64,000 nucleotides of DNA from Isurus oxyrinchus. Its lineage: Eukaryota. The position numbers and the translations under genes were made by a program. A model generated the notes under the pieces. That model did no database searches. It saw only the letters and a list, made by a program, of their open reading frames with translations, and had not been told where the DNA came from. The DNA lies in the NCBI GenBank assembly GCA_026770705.1, contig JANJGN010000009.1:164424001-164488000 (forward strand). The letters are read 5' to 3'. This document shows, in pieces, positions 59,925-64,000 of the stretch (its first letter is position 1; the number at the start of each line of letters is the position of its first letter).

Positions 59925-62900
59925 TGAAGCAAGATGCACCACGGCCTATATCACATGCCCACCAGTAACAAATTATACTAATAATAATTGAGGGGTGCAA
60001 CAATAATTAAAAAAAACATTGCATATAGGGCAAGTAATAAGTTCTGAGCTCAGTGTTATTTGGATGAGGCTTTGTGTCACTGAAGTTTATGCTAGTTAGA
60101 AGCTTATAAATGTTATATTTAACTACAAATCTGTGTAGAGAAAGACAAATCTTTTACACCCATATAAACATCACCACCTGAAAGTTCTCCTTCAAGCCAC
60201 TGACCGTCCTGACTTAGAAATATATCATCATTCCTTCACTGTCGCTGGGTCAAAATCCTGGAGCTCCCTTTCTAACAGCACTGTGAGTGTACCTACACCA
60301 CATGGACTGCAGTGACTCAAGGCGACAGCTCACCGCCATCTTCTCAAGGGCAACTAGGGATGGACAACAAATGCTGGTCTAACCAAATGAATTTTAAAAA
60401 AATAAAGAAGGGAAGAATAAGTACTTCAAAATCCCCATGGGAGGAAAGCAGCAAACATATTTTGTGTAAACAAACTGAAAAGAAAATGTAGGGAGGAATC
60501 AGCAAGGTTACTTACTTCTTAAACAAATTTAGCAATATTAAGGTAGAACAATAAACTTGCATCTATAAAGTGCCTTATGTCTCTCAAAATTTCCCAAAGC
60601 ACATTATGACCAGTATGTTACCTGAAGTGAATTATTGTTTCTGTAGGAAAATAGTATTATGAATATGCTAAACCTGTAGCTTTCAGAATCAATAAAGTTT
60701 ATAAATTTTTAACCTGTCAATTATATGTTGTATTACCTTCATAAAGTTGTTGCTTGAGCAAAGGGCAAAAGCACCAACACATTTCTGCTGCTGTAGGTGA
60801 TCAGTAAACAAGAGACAGTGCACAGAGCAACAGGAAATCTAGTACTGTCATAAAATACACTGGAATTCAAAACACATCTGACCTTCATGGTTGATAGAGC
60901 CATTACCAAAATCTGCAGTCACCAATAAAGATTTGGGTTACAGGTTATCTCGAAACAGCTTATCTTGAAACAGCTCCATGATCAAAAGTTTAACAGGATA
61001 CTTGCATTTGATCATGGGACGACCTTCAGTCTCAAAGCACTGAAGCAAGACAGACAATATACAACAAACAAAAAACACAATTAAACTTTTGGATGGGATG
61101 GAAAAGACAAGTGCGTATGAAACATGGTGATTGTTTAGGAGACCTTTATTAAGGTTAATGACATTTTTCATCTACTACTCTTCATAGTACAGCAATGAAA
61201 AAGGTTGTATGCAATAGAAAATTATCAAATAATATGTATTCTCTACTTTGAATATATCAAGTATTTCTTTAATTAGCTGAAATTGAGTAAGAATCTACAT
61301 TGCTGGTTCACCCAGTGGCCCTTAGATTTTTCAAGCAATTGCCTTATCCTTTGAGAAATCAGGCTGAAAACAATGAGTAGTACCGGTTAAGAAACTGCAC
61401 TATCTATTTTCAACTCTCTGTAAATGTAATATCCAGTTCAGATGACAACAACGACTTTGCATTAGGTCATAGGTTACATCATATTGCAGTGATAATATGT
61501 TCCTCTCAAATCACTGTAGTTACAGAAAACCAAAATGGTAAAATCCTGCCATGGTAGTGCTCTTTCCTCCATCCATACCTCTTGTTTTCGGTAGCTGTGT
61601 TTTATATTCATCCAAAATACAGTATACGCTAGTACATATATAGTCAAAATTTTCAGTGAAGATTTAGTCACCAAGTTCACAGTTACAACTCTGCAGGTTT
61701 TTACAGAAGTTAATAGGATATTGCACTAGTTCTGCTACTAATCGGTTTCTTTCACAGACCACAAAAGGGTGTGAAATTCATACGCATTACATGTGGTAAT
61801 GAATCACAAGTCTTTCATCACAAATGAAATTCACACATGTAAATGGACTGCTCCCAGCAAGCTAGTTGCCCATTTATTATACATCCATTACAGTTTAAAT
61901 CGTAAAGGGTAAGTTTTCATTGTGAAGAGTGTACAATAATACTTCAATGAAGAGTAGAGATTTTGTATTGTGAAAGTTACTTGGTTTATTTCTAGGAATT
62001 GCCTCATCTGTTTCCATTTATTCCTTTCTTAAAGATGCTGCTTAAGAGCCAGGGGACAAAATCAAAACACTGAGCACGTGCTTATGGAAAGAAATTCACA
62101 AAAAGAACAAACTGTGAATGTTTTAGTTAACAAACAGCTGCAGTAAAGCACATGGTAGGAGTATGCAGCAATATTTTTACAAACCCAGTGCTATTTTTTG
62201 TCAATGTTGTGTGATACAAGGGTGATGACCCCAAAAGTAGCTGTAATCGATATATAACAAAGCAATTATTAGTCCTTTTAATGTTATCAACAAAATGCTG
62301 TAGAATATATAAGACAATGGACTTCTTTATCCCATTTTCACATCTCCTTAATGTATTTAATAGGTCTCCATCAAGATTTGACATGTACCAGTAACCACAG
62401 ATACACCAAAACCATTCAGCTCCCTCAGCCATATCCCCCATCTCCGCTGGCTTATGACCACATCTGTTATATGTAACACATTAGTGATGTTTAATAGGAA
62501 ATGGTAATTCCAGCAAGCCCATTAAACTCTCAAAATTTATTTCTCCTGATTCTCAAATGAGTATCTAACCTGGATTTTCAATGAACCGCTAAGGGATAGG
62601 GAATGCGTTATTTAACTGCTTGTGGTCAGTATTGGTGATTTTCCCATCAAAAGCATAATTACAAGAGAATCAATTGCCTAGTACATCCACTGCAAATATA
62701 TACTCATGTGGAAATCCTTCCTGCTCTTAATTTTGACTATAATTATTTCTAAAAATCCTTAACTTCAACTACAGAGTTAATTCATTGAGTTCCATACACA
62801 TTCATTCTTTGGAATTCTCTACTCCAGAGGGCTGTGGGTGTTCAGCCGTTGAGTTAAATCCAAGACCAAGGTCAATAGACTCTTGGACTCTAAGGAAATC

Positions 62901-64000
62901 AAGGGATATCAGGAAAAGGTGGGAAAGTAGAGTTGATATTGAAGTGCAGCCATGAACTTGTTGATAGAGGAGCTGCTCAAGTGGTGGTTTTGTCTCCATC
63001 TGTTCTTCTTTCTTAGGTTCTTACTCTGTCTGGGTAGGGAAAACCCAGTGGAGTCATATAAAGAAAGGATATCCTCAGAGTGTCCACTCAGTTATCACCA
63101 CATTTGCTGAAGCAGAGTTTAGTTGTTGGGAGGCAAGCAGAGAGTGGCAGGGGTGGGGGGAATGGAAGAAAAGATTTTCCAAGTGTGCACCGGATATTGC
63201 CAGCAAAGGCTGCAAAATGAAAACTACACAAAACCTTTGTCACTTAAAACACCATCAATGCGGATCCCCGTGCTACAGATTGTATCTGCAGCACAGGATT
63301 TATCCTGCCACATGTCTCTTCAATGCATTGTCTCCCATGCTACTGCTAAGATGCATCTTCGCAGTGCTCAGTGGGAAAGGACCGAATTGGTGACTTGCAA
63401 ACACCTTTGGAGTTATCTTTCCTTTGATTTAGTACAGGGGAAACCAAAGAACAAAATATTTACCTTCCTGGCTCATGCTTTAGCTGTACACCCCATAATT
63501 AAGCTGAAGCAGGGAAAAGTCACTTCAATACATGAAAACAAAACCCTATTCCTTCAAGCGTAGAGAAATTTTAATAAAAACAATCTGCCATCACAGGTTT
63601 ATGAAGAAAAGTACCAATTATCTTGAAAGAAGATTTTAACAGTGCTGTAGAAGCCAGCTTTACTGGCTGAAATATATGGATGGATATAATTAGCACGTCT
63701 GTTGTGTTTCTTTTTCAGTTGTATAGATTAACGAGGCATTACAGTCTTAGAATCGTGCGATTCAGATTCACACTGTAGCCACAATGCCTACCCTTTTATT
63801 AGCCATGATTGGCTTTTGGGCAAAGTTTGACCGAAGCTAGGATACAGGGTGAATATTCAATGAGAGCACCACACTGCCCACCTCTGAACACCATCTGTAC
63901 ATAGCCAGGAGTTGGGGTGATCAGAAGCCCTAGGGTTTCCCGGTCTTTCCTCTGCCACACTCCTAAGCCATGGGAGCTTTCCTTTCTGTGCCAGATTTCC

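Noticed and set aside
63123-63563. 146-aa ORF near the window end
   Set aside because: Non-ATG start, no recognisable domain and no convincing splice boundaries.

Overview
Vertebrate genomic DNA, repeat-rich. The repeat content (CR1 and L2/CR1-clade LINEs, Penelope-like elements, Harbinger transposons, V-SINE and Deu-type SINEs) suggests a cartilaginous fish, probably a shark; this is inference. Reading splice sites by hand reveals a + strand tandem cluster of three CD300/pIgR-like (CMRF35-like, skate MDIR-type) Ig-V receptor genes that the ORF track only shows in fragments. Gene A (exons 4211-4540, 6568-6671, 8303-8407; leader probably just upstream of the window) is a pseudogene with an activating-type, Arg-containing TM exon. 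Gene B (17313-33785, 6 exons, 267 aa) has one V domain, a Ser/Thr stalk, a TM segment and an ITIM tail. Gene C (41383-57401, 7 exons, 355 aa) has two V domains, a TM segment and an ITIM tail. A and B share an ~88% identical Ig exon but have unrelated TM exons, the layout of a paired activating/inhibitory receptor system. Gene B has a compact AP-1/PU.1/C-EBP/ETS promoter. Introns and intergenic DNA carry a two-gene Harbinger transposon (Myb-like plus DDE transposase), nested CR1s, and many Penelope-like elements. Several of the latter are short fold-back units with 10-16 bp target-site duplications and minimal type I hammerhead ribozyme motifs. All calls come from manual reading; no database searches were run.
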